The position numbers were made by a program, and so were the translations under genes. DNA of 64,000 bases from positions 248,001 through 312,000 of the forward strand of contig JAUPSS010000001.1 in the NCBI GenBank assembly GCA_040285825.1. The letters are read 5' to 3'. This DNA comes from Eukaryota sp. TZLM1-RC (lineage: Eukaryota > Protista > Metamonada: BaSk clade). Below are positions 33,825-44,997 of this stretch, one piece after another (within the stretch, counting starts at the first letter, position 1; each line of letters begins with the position of its first letter). The notes under the pieces are model-generated. The model worked only from the letters and a program-made list of their open reading frames with translations, made no database searches and was not told the DNA's origin.

Positions 33825-34403
33825 TTACATCCAACTTGGTTTTTCTTTCAAGATCTGTGATATGGAATCAGATTTATCGACTCTCCTTGACTTTAAATAC
33901 TTTTCAATCTTCTGTAATTTTGCAAAAAGTTCATCCCGTTGACCAATCAGTGTAGAAACAAATTGTTCACTTTCTTTTAGGTGCTCCTTACGAGCATTAA
34001 TCTCCTTTGAGAGATCAACAATTAAGTCTGATAAATGGGACGCCTGATCTGTTGTTAATGAATCATCTTCAGTCACCTCAATTTCAGGAGACTTTGGTGG
34101 ATTGACAAGTTCCTTGAGTTGATCTGTCGGTAATAAAACAATCTTTAATACCCTTCGAAGTTCGTTTTCATCAGAGTCACAAAGCTTCTGAGGGTTTATA
34201 AAAGCTCCAGGAAGGGCATTGCAGAGTAAAGTAAGATTTTTAAGCTTGTCAGTTTGAGAAGCAGCATAACCACTCATGGAACGAAGATCTATCAAGCCTG
34301 GAAGCTTAGAATCTAAACACCGAATGAAAGCAATACCATCTGTTAAGGATTCTATGTCAGCATAAGTGGAGCTTAGAAGACGGTTAAGTGCTCTTAGACT
34401 CAT
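33825..34403 (-). CDS. Divergent EB1/RP-like microtubule-associated protein (CH-like domain plus EB C-terminal coil)
   Basis: IESLTDGIAFIRCLD...PGLIDL and KLKNLTLL resemble the EB1 CH domain. QRDELFAKLQKIE resembles the EB1 ERDFYF.KLR.IE motif. Confidence 0.55.
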   Translation of the reverse strand: MSLRALNRLLSSTYADIESLTDGIAFIRCLDSKLPGLIDLRSMSGYAASQTDKLKNLTLLCNALPGAFINPQKLCDSDENELRRVLKIVLLPTDQLKELVNPPKSPEIEVTEDDSLTTDQASHLSDLIVDLSKEINARKEHLKESEQFVSTLIGQRDELFAKLQKIEKYLKSRRVDKSDSISQILKEKPSWM

Positions 34404-34457
34404 ATATTGGAAATCAGATAGTATTTTTAATTTGTTTTCAAAATTGCAAACTAGAAA

Positions 34458-35085
34458 TCGGTATCTTCATTACATGATGCTGTTAGAGACACTGTTTTCA
34501 ATATGGCACAAACTGCAAGAATATCGTGTATCAAAGAGCCCCTGCTGAAGGAAACACTGTCTCTGAATAATTTTGGTTCTGATGATAGAGGTGATGTATA
34601 GTGTATTTGGATTGATAATTCTGAAGCTATTGTTGACTTTGTCTCATGTAATGTTGCAAATGATACTTTGGTTCACAGAAGAAAACTTAATCCTGTGGCT
34701 GCTCTGGACTTTAAAGCAAAGGAGAAACATAGAAAATATGATAAAGATATTGAAGAGGCAAATGTCAATAGAAATACACAGCTGGTTTTTATTGCTTTCC
34801 CATTTTCGATAAATGGAAGATCATCAGATGAAGCAGAAACTTTTTTGAATGACTTCCAAAAAATGGTGCAAGAAAAAACAATAAAAAGATTTGATATTTT
34901 TTTATGGCGTTCACGGATTCAATTTTCCATTATTAATAGATTACCACGGTTTTTCAATCGAATAAGAGAAGCTTTAGCTAGACAGCAAGCAGATCAAGAT
35001 TTTGTAGAGGTAATCTTGGTTCAATGATAGTCGTCCCATTAGTTATGATTTAATTTAATCAAGTGTGCAAATTCAATAAATATTA
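34458..35085 (+). mobile_element. 3' fragment of an RLE non-LTR retrotransposon
   Basis: Near-identical to 48300-48925 (DDRGDVY...VDFV, KAKEKHRKY, QQADQDFVE) and ends near AATAAA. Confidence 0.88.
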
Positions 35086-35900
35086 ATAAGAAATCGGTAT
35101 CTTCAAAACAAACATCCATATTATCAAACCGTACAACGACAATGTCTACGTAATGTGCGCTGACAGACATCAAAGCTTTCGAAACATTTTTCCAATTGTT
35201 TCGAAAATAGAGCACAATACGATTGAACCACAAACGACAATCAAAACACTTATTCATTCTCCTATGTATTAGATATTCAAACATGGCGAACATGTTTCAA
35301 TTCTTTCAAAGGATTTGTATAATTGTTCTGTTTGTACAATTCTGAATCATTATGGGGAAATACTTCGGATTGTGCATTTTTCAAGGCATCTTTCCTGCAA
35401 ACTTCCACTGTTACGACATCAACAACATTCAAGACCTCATCAAATGAGGGCACAACAACAACAGCACGTCGTTGTCCATATTTTGCATCTCTGAAATTGT
35501 CATTTATATCATAGGACCTCAACAAAGGTTCCATAAATGATTCAATATGATGGGAATTACACATTGCATGGATTTGATCTCTGACAGCATCATGCAAAGT
35601 GGAACGATAAGAAACAAATCTGTTGTGAAGATTTTCGGCAAAAGGATATCTTCTAGAAAATTGAAAAACAAATTTATTTGCAAAACCCATGATTACAACT
35701 TTGTTCAAATACTTTCATGAATTAAAACCAACACCGCCAAGTTTAACATCAGCATAAATATGATGTTCCAAAAATGTTGGATCAACTGACCTTCAAAATG
35801 CCAAAAATTCTGCGCGTATTTCGGTAACTTGTCTCAGAACTTGTAAGTTAATGATGGAGGTAATGATCAAAGCAAATAGGTAATTTTTCCAGAATATTAC
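35086..35900 (-). mobile_element. Degenerate RLE non-LTR retrotransposon 3' fragment, tail-to-tail with the previous one
   Basis: LHDAVRDQIHAMC, EPLL, RRAVVVVP...VVDVVTV and WFNRIV motifs. Confidence 0.8.
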
Positions 35901-36375
35901 ATTATATTATAAATTTTAATTTGTATTTATATGTAGTTGATGTTGTTCTTTCTATGTTTTTAATATTTGCCATATTTGTCATATGAATTATCATTCCATC
36001 AATGAAATGATAATTCAATTTTGTTTTCTGGTCCAAATCTCACAAATACTATTCGTTATTGGCCAAAGTTGATAAAAACCAAAGTGATCAATAAATTCTA
36101 CTCTGTTCAACAATGAATGTCCCTAGGATTTAAGTACCATATACGCTAATCCATGCCATGACCCAAATGTTCAAGCATAAGAAAAGTCCAAGGCAGTCCT
36201 GAGCCAAGAGAAGCTAGCTTTTTACATAGCTGGTTCTAACAGCAAATTTGCTGATTCTGTTCAATTAAATGAGTGCTATGAGGAAGCAATAAATAGGGAA
36301 TTTCGTTTTTATTTAAAAATCATAACTGAACTTCGTGCTTAAAAATATCACATTTCGTTGAATATTGGTAGATAA

Positions 36376-37173
36376 TCATTGTTGGTGAAATACTTTTGCC
36401 ATAGATTCAAAGCTGTTTTCCATCTGTTGAATGCCATTTGCCATAGATTCAAAGCCTTTTTCCATTCCTGTTGCCATAGATTCAAAGCCTTTTTCCATTC
36501 CTGTTGCCATAGATTCAAAGCCTTTTTCCATCCTCTCCAGTGTGAACAATATTTGGTCAAAAACGGAGCGATGTTGGGGGGCAGAATCTTCAACACTCAC
36601 ATGTTCTTGGGGATCAGCAAGAGGCTGAAGGTACCGTTCCATGTTGGTCCAGACCTTCAGTTCTGCTGTTATCACTTCAACTACACTGTTTTCCATGGAG
36701 GAATCAACGTCGAAGGAGGTGTACATTGACCATAAAACATGAGCAAGAAAGCGTTTGGCTTCCGCTTTCTCTTCATGGGAGAAATTAAGCTTGTTCTGAA
36801 CTTCGTCAGGAAGGTTATAATTGATCACATAATCTTCAATTTTTGAAATGAACTTGCTTTCATAGGTATCGAATGAGCATTGAGACTTGAGATTATGTAA
36901 TGCAGCGGTATCTGTTTCATTGAGGGGTGACATGACATCGATACTGAGCTCTCTTTTATTCAGGAGACAGCACTCAAAGTAGCAGTGTGACATGCGTTCA
37001 AGACCAATGTTACTCAAAGCTCTCTTGAAAAAATGTAAGGCATTATTCTCTAAGGTACTGTGGTCAGCTATTGCTTGATGTACATACGGAAGAAGTTGGG
37101 ATCTTGTAGCCGAGGATTCTTCTTGATTGACTCTCTTAGGTGAACGCATGTATCGTTGGGATGTTCGTTTCAT
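36376..37173 (-). CDS. Hypothetical protein with C-terminal 11-aa coiled-coil repeats (copy 1)
   Basis: Intact ORF (likely start MKRTSQRY) with a 33-bp tandem repeat encoding MEKGFESMATG. Confidence 0.6.
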   Translation of the reverse strand: MKRTSQRYMRSPKRVNQEESSATRSQLLPYVHQAIADHSTLENNALHFFKRALSNIGLERMSHCYFECCLLNKRELSIDVMSPLNETDTAALHNLKSQCSFDTYESKFISKIEDYVINYNLPDEVQNKLNFSHEEKAEAKRFLAHVLWSMYTSFDVDSSMENSVVEVITAELKVWTNMERYLQPLADPQEHVSVEDSAPQHRSVFDQILFTLERMEKGFESMATGMEKGFESMATGMEKGFESMANGIQQMENSFESMAKVFHQQ

Positions 37174-37819
37174 AGTTGGAGAATATAGTCCTGGAATTTG
37201 CCGGGAATTTTTCAAACTCACTTTACTTCCTAGTTTTGAATCAAATTTTTTGAATCACATACCGTTTACAATCCAAACACTGGTCAAACCGGAGTGATGT
37301 ACACTCCTGGTAACAAACAGAGGTTCAGGAGAGAGCTCAACTAGTTTCTGCTCTAGTAAAAACTATAATAGTCCATTACCCCATCCAGGTCAGGGTGTAG
37401 GTATGGAATCTGTGGCGATATCATAGCGAGTAATATAAAATTATTCCCTACTGTTGTATAAGAATGAGCGAACAAAGACTTTCCCTACAAGGCATTGATT
37501 GAATTGTTCACTGCAACCCCATATTCTAATTTTAGGTAAGAAAAACTATGCAATGCAGTGTGTGAAAAGTGTGGAAGAACCTTTGTGCATCTCACTCAGA
37601 ATCCATTCTTACACCACTGTTGTAAACCTACATCAACCTTAAATTGTTGCAAGAATGTTAATGTAACTCTACAATTTACACAGGTTAATATAGCTACCTC
37701 CTCATAGACAATTGAGCATTTCAACAGCTTATTTAATTCATTCAATCTTTTACCAATTGTATTTCTTATGGATGTTTCAAGAAAAACAATGACGACCCTA
37801 GAACAAAATTAATGAAAAT

Positions 37820-38690
37820 TTAGGTTTGGATTTTGATGTTACACTTGGATTGGCCAAGAAAAAGAATCCCGCTTTTGCAGATCTTTTACAAGATATGTGT
37901 GATAGTACTTCTGCTTTAGTAACAACAATTCCTCAAGTTTATGGCACTCTCTTAACTGATTCTTCTTGTACTTTCAATATGAGATTTCGTTCTTTTATCT
38001 GGCCTGATAATTTACCTCACAATTTTATTTGTAAATGTTCTCGAAAAATTACAATTACTCATTTGTTAAATTGTAAACATTTTAGTACTTTAAGAAGCAA
38101 GGTCCACGATGCTGTAAGAGACCAATTATATTGTATGTGTAGGTCTCATAGAATGGAATTTTTTTGGAACCTCTGTTGTCAAATCTTTTTGATACTGAAG
38201 ATGATTTTCATAAGAATAATAGAGGTGATGTCATATTACCTGGATTAGATGGACCTTTCATTTTGTTGGTTGTAATGTCTGTTGATCCTTGTAATGCCTC
38301 AAATGAAAGGCTCGCTAATTCTGAAATTCATTATTCTCTTTGAAATGCTGAAAATTTCAAAATCAAAAAATACAATGAACATTTGTCCAAATTGTCCAGC
38401 CAACAACATGCAAAATACAATTTGAATTCATTTGTATTTTCTCTATTTGGTTGACGTGCTCCAACGGCTATACGATTTTTGTCAGATTTCGAAAAGAATG
38501 TAAAGTGAAGAACTAACAGAAATTTCAACAGATTGTTTACGCAAAATAGAATTGTGTGTTCTATTTTTAAGGGGATGTTGAAGACGGTTTTTGATGCTTT
38601 GTTTTCTCTTGGATCTCACTATGAGAGAGTTGCATCTAATGTTTTTGTTTTGGGAGAGATGGATTATTTGGATGTTGATTTATAAGTTTT
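37820..38690 (+). mobile_element. Degenerate RLE non-LTR retrotransposon 3' fragment (partly duplicated at 40520-40971)
   Basis: LAKKKNPAFA, CKC....THLLNCKHF, HDAVRDQLYCMC, NRGDVILPG and K.KKY motifs. Confidence 0.82.
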
Positions 38691-39178
38691 CTAATAAACA
38701 AATTTGATTAAAGAAAACAAGAATGACAGAGGTCGCTGATATTAAAAAATGGACAGTGAACGCTAAAGTTTTTCCACCAACATAAACCATTTGGTTTCAA
38801 CCAGAAACGTTGTTCGCATCTTCACTTCCTCTAGATCTCCACTGTTTCTTCCTCAATCAATTGCACAAAAAGGAAGTCAGTTATAGCTTGCCCACTGTTA
38901 TGAATCTGCGCCAAAACGTACGAAGCACACATTCCTTGTTAGCATATCTCCTTATAATGGAAGTGCCAACAGAAATACCTTCTGGTTCTAACCGAGTTTA
39001 AATTTCTTTTCCATGAAAACATATTTGCTGATTCTGTTTAAAAACACTATCAGAAAGCAAAATATTGAAATTCTTGTTTTCATTTTGAACCAATGGTCTA
39101 CCCAGAGCAACTTTAAAATTGTGAGGCATTTGTTTACAATATCATATTTATTTAAATATTTGTTGACAATCTTTACTA

Positions 39179-39874
39179 TTAGAGGGATTCTTTTGCCAAA
39201 TTTTTGAAGCCATTTTCCATTCCTTTTTCCATCCTCTCCAGTGTGAACAATATTTGGTCAAAAACGGAGCGATGTTGGGGGGCAGAATCTTCAACACTCA
39301 CATGTTCTTGGGGATCAGCAAGAGGCTGAAGGTACCGTTCCATGTTGGTCCAGACCTTCAGTTCTGCTGTTATCACTTCAACTACACTGTTTTCCATGGA
39401 GGAATCAACGTCGAAGGAGGTGTACATTGACCATAAAACATGAGCAAGAAAGCGTCTGGCTTCCGCTTTCTCTTCATGGGAGAAATTAAGCTTGTTCTGA
39501 ACTTCGTCAGGAAGGTTATTATTGATCACGTAATCTTCAATTTCTGAAATGAACTTGCTTTCATAGGTATCGAATGAGCATTGAGACTTGAGATTATGTA
39601 ATGCAGCGGTATCTGTTTCATTGAGGGGTGACATGACATCGATACTGAGCTCTCTTTTATTCAGGAGACAGCTCTCAAAGTAGCAGTGTGACATGCGTTC
39701 AAGACCAATGTTACTCAAAGCTCTCTTGAAAAAATGTAAGGCATTATTCTCTAAGGTACTGTGGTCAGCTATTGCTTGATGTACATACGGAAGAAGTTGG
39801 GATCTTGTAGCCGAGGATTCTTCTTGATTGACTCTCTTAGGTGAACGCATGTATCGTTGGGATGTTCGTTTCAT
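39179..39874 (-). CDS. Hypothetical protein (copy 2, lacking the repeat expansion)
   Basis: Paralog of 36376-37173 with 4 aa differences in the shared part and a different C-terminus (MEKGMENGFKNLAKESL). Confidence 0.55.
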   Translation of the reverse strand: MKRTSQRYMRSPKRVNQEESSATRSQLLPYVHQAIADHSTLENNALHFFKRALSNIGLERMSHCYFESCLLNKRELSIDVMSPLNETDTAALHNLKSQCSFDTYESKFISEIEDYVINNNLPDEVQNKLNFSHEEKAEARRFLAHVLWSMYTSFDVDSSMENSVVEVITAELKVWTNMERYLQPLADPQEHVSVEDSAPQHRSVFDQILFTLERMEKGMENGFKNLAKESL

Positions 39875-41184
39875 AGTTGGAGAATATAGTCCTGGAATTT
39901 GCCGGGAATTTTTCAAACTCACTTTACTTCCTAGTTTTGAATCAAATTTTTTGAATCACATACCGTTTACAATCCAAACACTGGTCAAACCGGAGTGATG
40001 TACACTCCTGGTAACAAACAGAGGTTCAGGAGAGAGCTCAACTAGTTTCTGCTCTAGTAAAAACTATAATAGTCCATTACCCCATCCAGGTCAGGGTGTA
40101 GGTATGGAATCTGTGGCGATATCATAGCGAGTAATATAAAATTATTCCCTACTGTTGTATAAGAATGAGCGAACAAAGACTTTCCCTACAAGGCATTGAT
40201 TGAATTGTTCACTGCAACCCCATATTCTAATTTTAGGTAAAAAAACTATGCAATGCAGTGTGTGAAAAGTGTGAAAGAACCTTTGTGCATCTCACTCAGA
40301 ATCCATTCTTACACTACTGTTGTAAACCTACATCAACCTTAAATTGTTGCAAGAATGTTAATGTAACTCTACAATTTACACAGGTTAATATAGCTACCTC
40401 TTCATAGACAATTGAGCATTTCAACAGCTTATTTAATTCATTAAATTTTTTACCAATTGTATTACTTATGGATGTTTCAAGAAAAACAATGACGACCCTA
40501 GAACAAAATTAATGAAAATTTAGGCTTGGATTTTGATGTTACACTTGGATTGGCCAAGAAAAAGAATCCCGCTTTTGCAGATCTTTTACAAGATATGTGT
40601 GATAGTACTTCTGCTTTAGTAACAACAATTCCTCAAGTTTATGGCACTCTCTTAACTGATTTTTCTTGTACTTCCAATATGAGATTTCGTCATTTATCTG
40701 GCCTGATAATTTACCTCACAATTTTATTTGTAAATGTTCTCGAAAAATTACAATTACTCATTTGTTAAATTGTAAACATTTTATTACTTTAAGAAGCAAG
40801 GTCCACGATGCTGTAAGAGACCAATTATATTGTATGTGTAGGTCTCATAGAATGGAATTTTTTTGGAACCTCTGTTGTCAAATCTGTTTGATACTGAAGA
40901 TGATTTTCATAAGAATAATAGAGGTGATGTCATATTACCTGGATTAGATGGACCTTTCATTTTATTGGTTGAACACAAAATTAAACTCAATTAGGGTGGT
41001 TGACCTGCTTCAATCATGATAAACTCAGAAACGATAAATGCTGATCATCAATGGGTGTCTATGCTGTTTACGATACAAAACAAAACCAACATTGACTCTT
41101 GATGGTTTTTAAAATTAAAGTGAAAAGGCTAAACATGAACACTTGCACAGGAAATAAATAATTTTATAAAATGAATATACAAAA

Positions 41185-42018
41185 TCATAATCTGACGAAA
41201 TGCATTTCTCTTGTTAAATCCCGTCGTAGCTTTTCTCTGGCTAGTGATCGTTTTCTAATATCATAGGCAATTAGACCTAAAGCAAAAATTGTTAAAGCTC
41301 CAAATATAATAACATAAACAGTGGTATTTGGCTCTTCCAATGGAGTAAAAACAAAGTTACGAATAATTACTTCATAATCCTTGTCATCAGTAGGAGCGTT
41401 GCCTTTGTACAGCCAAAGAGCTATCCTCATTCGCTCTTCAGAGGGGGGAAACCTGTACTCACCATCGTATTCCCATGATTGGTATTCTTCTGCGTTTTTG
41501 ATAGATCCCCTGGAGGAGGAAAACTCAATCTTATCACGTGACCACGTGAGTGAATGGATGGTGGGTTTGTTATGGTGGGTGGTGTCGAATTCGTGGTAAT
41601 TGCTACGCAAGTGATTAGGTTGGACTGTGTAGCAAGAGTTATCAAAATCATTCCTTCCCCAGAGACCAAACTCCACAGCAAACTCTTCAACGGGGCCTTG
41701 ATGTATGTAGAAGCTGAGCATAACATTTCGGTCATGTTGAGCAAACACATCATCAACTTCAAATGTGTAAGTGCCATATCCAAAGTGAAGTTTGGAAAAT
41801 ATCTCTGAACAGTACCATTTAGTGCCATTGTTCACAATGCTCAGATGAAGATGGCCATTTTCATCCACATAAGGCATTGAAGCATCGAAAAAATTACTGC
41901 CTGGATACATACGATTGTCTGGAGAATCCAAGATATACCAGTCATAATTGGCAAAGTTGAGAGATTGGCAAAGCACAAATGAAGAGAGCAAAAGTAAGGC
42001 AACTATCAGTTGAAACAT
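41185..42018 (-). CDS. GH16-fold (glucanase-like) type I membrane protein
   Basis: Signal peptide MFQLIVALLLLSSFVLC, then VDENGHLHLSI, W.CSEI, FGYGTY.F, EEFAVEFG.WG and WLYKG.AP, plus a C-terminal TM helix. The likely start is ATG 42018. Confidence 0.75.
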   Translation of the reverse strand: MFQLIVALLLLSSFVLCQSLNFANYDWYILDSPDNRMYPGSNFFDASMPYVDENGHLHLSIVNNGTKWYCSEIFSKLHFGYGTYTFEVDDVFAQHDRNVMLSFYIHQGPVEEFAVEFGLWGRNDFDNSCYTVQPNHLRSNYHEFDTTHHNKPTIHSLTWSRDKIEFSSSRGSIKNAEEYQSWEYDGEYRFPPSEERMRIALWLYKGNAPTDDKDYEVIIRNFVFTPLEEPNTTVYVIIFGALTIFALGLIAYDIRKRSLAREKLRRDLTREMHFVRL

Positions 42019-42125
42019 TATGCTGTGTGGGAAATTCCCAAAAATACACGACAATTTTGGATCAATTTTCGTGTGGAATAATTACAACAACTATCCACTA
42101 CATAGATACTGAGGCCTTTCATTAC
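42007..42125 (-). ncRNA. Putative Fanzor omegaRNA, copy B (scaffold down to 42027, guide from 42026)
   Basis: The minus strand carries hairpins ACACGAAAATT-GATCCAA-AATTGTCGTGT and TGGGAATTTCCCA, conserved with copy A, and diverges after CCCAC. Confidence 0.55.
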
Positions 42126-44150
42126 CACTCATCCTCGCTTCAGCAATTGCAACCATATTCAGACAAGCCAGCTTATTTCTATTGAAGTGCTTTGTTGAGC
42201 CTTTGTTACTGAGTTTGCAACTTTGACTGTTACAAACTAATAAACCATGACATGTAGTAACAGGAGTCTTTTCTCTTCTATAGAATCTGGGATTTGCTAC
42301 TCTCAAAAACGTAGCAACTTTTCAAAACAAACACGATATTTTGCTGAAGTGAAAGCTTCATTAATCATCATCACTTCAAATCCATTCCTTCTCAGAAATT
42401 GAATCCATCCAATACCACGTGTAGGTCGATGATGTTTCAAATTCTTGGAACCTTTTTTACCATAATCACCCATTAGAATTAAAGTGTCTTTTGAATTGCC
42501 AAACTGCTGAACAAGGTTTTTTAACAACCAACTTTCAGTCTTTTGCTTGTGAATGAAAACTTGCATTTTATGGATGCTCCACAAGTCAAGACTGTAAAAG
42601 TCGATTGTCAAAAAAAACTTGCCGAAGTTTGGCAACCACAAAGTTGGAAAAGTCTATAAAAGTTGCTGAATTTGCAGCAAACGCGGATAATTCGGTGTTT
42701 GCATCTTCAATTGTCATTTCGTTAGACTCGATCATTTGGTTCCTGTCGTAACCTACCTCAGTATACTTTGTCGCCCGTCGTTTTTGCTTTTCATTCATCC
42801 TACTTTTCAAAGACCAGGACATCTGAGTCATTCTCAACCATTTGAATTTCTTGTCTTGATTCATCACCCGACTATTTCTTTGCTGTTCAGTTTCATGTTC
42901 AGGCACCATGGCTAGTTCTTCATCAGTCTTTTTACTCCCAAAATACAATAAATCACGTTTTCCAGGATCACAAACAACAATTCGTTTGTCTTGAAAATCA
43001 TCAACATCAACATCATCAATATATAAATCAGAAATACTAGCCTTGTTGTCTGGCTTACATTTCTGACCTTGTAAATCCCGACGAACAAATTCTACTGCAA
43101 TATTGAATCCATCTGTGTGGATAATGTTGTTGAATTTAGAGCTCTGATGTTTGAACATTGGTTGATTTAAATCGAGAATATTAGACCAAAAGTCAAAATG
43201 CTGAGGTGGTTTGAATTTCGTAATTTGGGCTAGTGTATTGACCATTTTCAGTATCTGTGTAGATGATGAATCATCCATCATTGTTTGTTTAACAATTCTC
43301 CATAGTGTTCTTGTATCAATGGGAAAATATCCAGGGCCCTCAGTGGTTGAAACAGGAGAAATATGATAAGGTTTTTTCTCTCTACTGGAGATATGCTGGG
43401 CAATTGTAATTGCTGGTTTTAGGAATATTTGAGAATCTTTTTCAACAGCGTCTGCAAGAAAATGTATATCCACTGGAAATATGTTGTCAACTAAATTCTC
43501 GTCAGTGACCAAATTCTCAATTTGGCAAGTAAATGGCTCAATAAGATTTTCAAATATGTCTCTAAGTTCATTATTTCTTATATCATGTTGTTCACATAAA
43601 TCGAAAAATGCATCATTCACAAGGTCTGAAATATTTTCAGGATGATGAAACCAAGGACTCAGGCAATCTCTATCATCAACTAAAAACAAGTTTTTGAATT
43701 GACGAAGCCTAAATCTATCTAGTGAAATAATTGTAGATAATGGCGTTGAGTATCCACCCAGCTTATGCATTTCTGCTAACACATTTTCCACATCTACTTT
43801 GTCAAAGTAAACATTAATAAATCGATTAATATGTTTTTCATAATTTAGTTTCAAATTATTCTCAAAATTGGCAACTATTACTGGGGCCATATACTCAGGT
43901 GGTCTACTGAAGCCATCAGTTGGAAATTGTGGAAAAGACTCAGGCCTATATCTCAAATGGTCTACATAACTCAATGATTTGTTCAACTTTTGTTGTTCAA
44001 AGGTGGTCGATAAGCTATAATCTCCTTCACCATAAACAAAGTTTTCAAAATCCTGTGGAAATGCACTTTTTGGTTTCAGCATTTCTTGCCCATAATATTC
44101 AGCTGAAATATACCAAATTCTGGCCATTAATGATTCATATAATTGGGCTA
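42027..44150 (-). mobile_element. Fanzor1 element, copy B: near full-length ORF (~680 aa, two 1-bp frameshifts) plus conserved 3' end
   Basis: ANFENNLKLNYEKHINRFIN, YHISPV...PGYFPIDTRTL, IHTDGFNIAVEF, RuvC-I IVVCDPGKRDL, FIHKQK, MGDYG...PTRGIG, INEAFTS, CHGLLVCNSQSC, FNRNKLACLNM and ERPQYLC. The 5' end abuts a retrotransposon at ~44150. Confidence 0.92.
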
Positions 44151-44997
44151 ACTAAAAATACTTCATCCTTATGAAGACCCTATAATGGATCAAAATTTTG
44201 ATGGCACATACTGGGAAAATTATCCATTGATGCCATCAGAAGTTTTTTCGGTGATCAAAAAGAGACCACGCGGTAAGTCTGCCGGACTTTCTGGTATTAC
44301 TATTGATCATGTAATAGCCGCAATTATTTCTTCAGAGGATTGTCTTGGTTTATTAACCAAATTTTTCAACAAAATATTGTCTGGTCAACTCAAATACCCA
44401 GAAGAATTAAGAAATTCTCGTTTGACTGCACTTGTCAAAAATTCAAAATTGGATGTTCGTCCTATTGCAGTCTCTGAGAGCTTACAAAATATTTTTTCTG
44501 CTTGTTGCTTAAGCAGGTTCAATGAGAAAGCAAAAAAAATTTATTACCCTTTCAATATGGTACCCTTTCAATACCACAGATGGAGTCTCTTCAGCGATAT
44601 TTGCTACTGATGTTTTATTTCGCCAAAATGAATCCAATGTTTGTATGTCATTGGATTTTAGTAATGCTTTCAATTCACTAAGTCCTCGCAGTATCCATGG
44701 TGCTCTATTGCAATATATGCCGGAATTAATACCATATTTTCAATCAACATATTGCACATATTCTAATTTACATTTTGGTAATAACATTTTGAGTTCATCA
44801 AGTGGTGTAAAGCAAGGAGATCCGTTAGGGTCTTTTTTGTTTTGTTTGGCCATTCATCCTATTTTACTGCAAATTCAAGAGATGTTTCCTTCACTAAAAA
44901 TGATTGCATATATGGATGATGTTGTGCTTATTGGTGATTTAAATATTGTGAAACAATCAACTGTATGTTTTAAAGAATTATTTACCAAAATTGGTCT
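44150..44997 (+). mobile_element. Non-LTR retrotransposon reverse transcriptase fragment (CRE/R2 group)
   Basis: LHP, KSAGLSG, VRPIAVSE, LDFSNAFNS, GVKQGDPLG, AYMDD and KIGL, with one frameshift. Confidence 0.9.

Larger units (their letters stand above)
36520..40971. repeat. Recent direct segmental duplication: ~36520-38272 and ~39222-40971 (offset ~2.7 kb)
   Basis: Near-identical ~1.75 kb blocks, each containing the hypothetical ORF, a spacer and a retrotransposon fragment. Confidence 0.92.
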
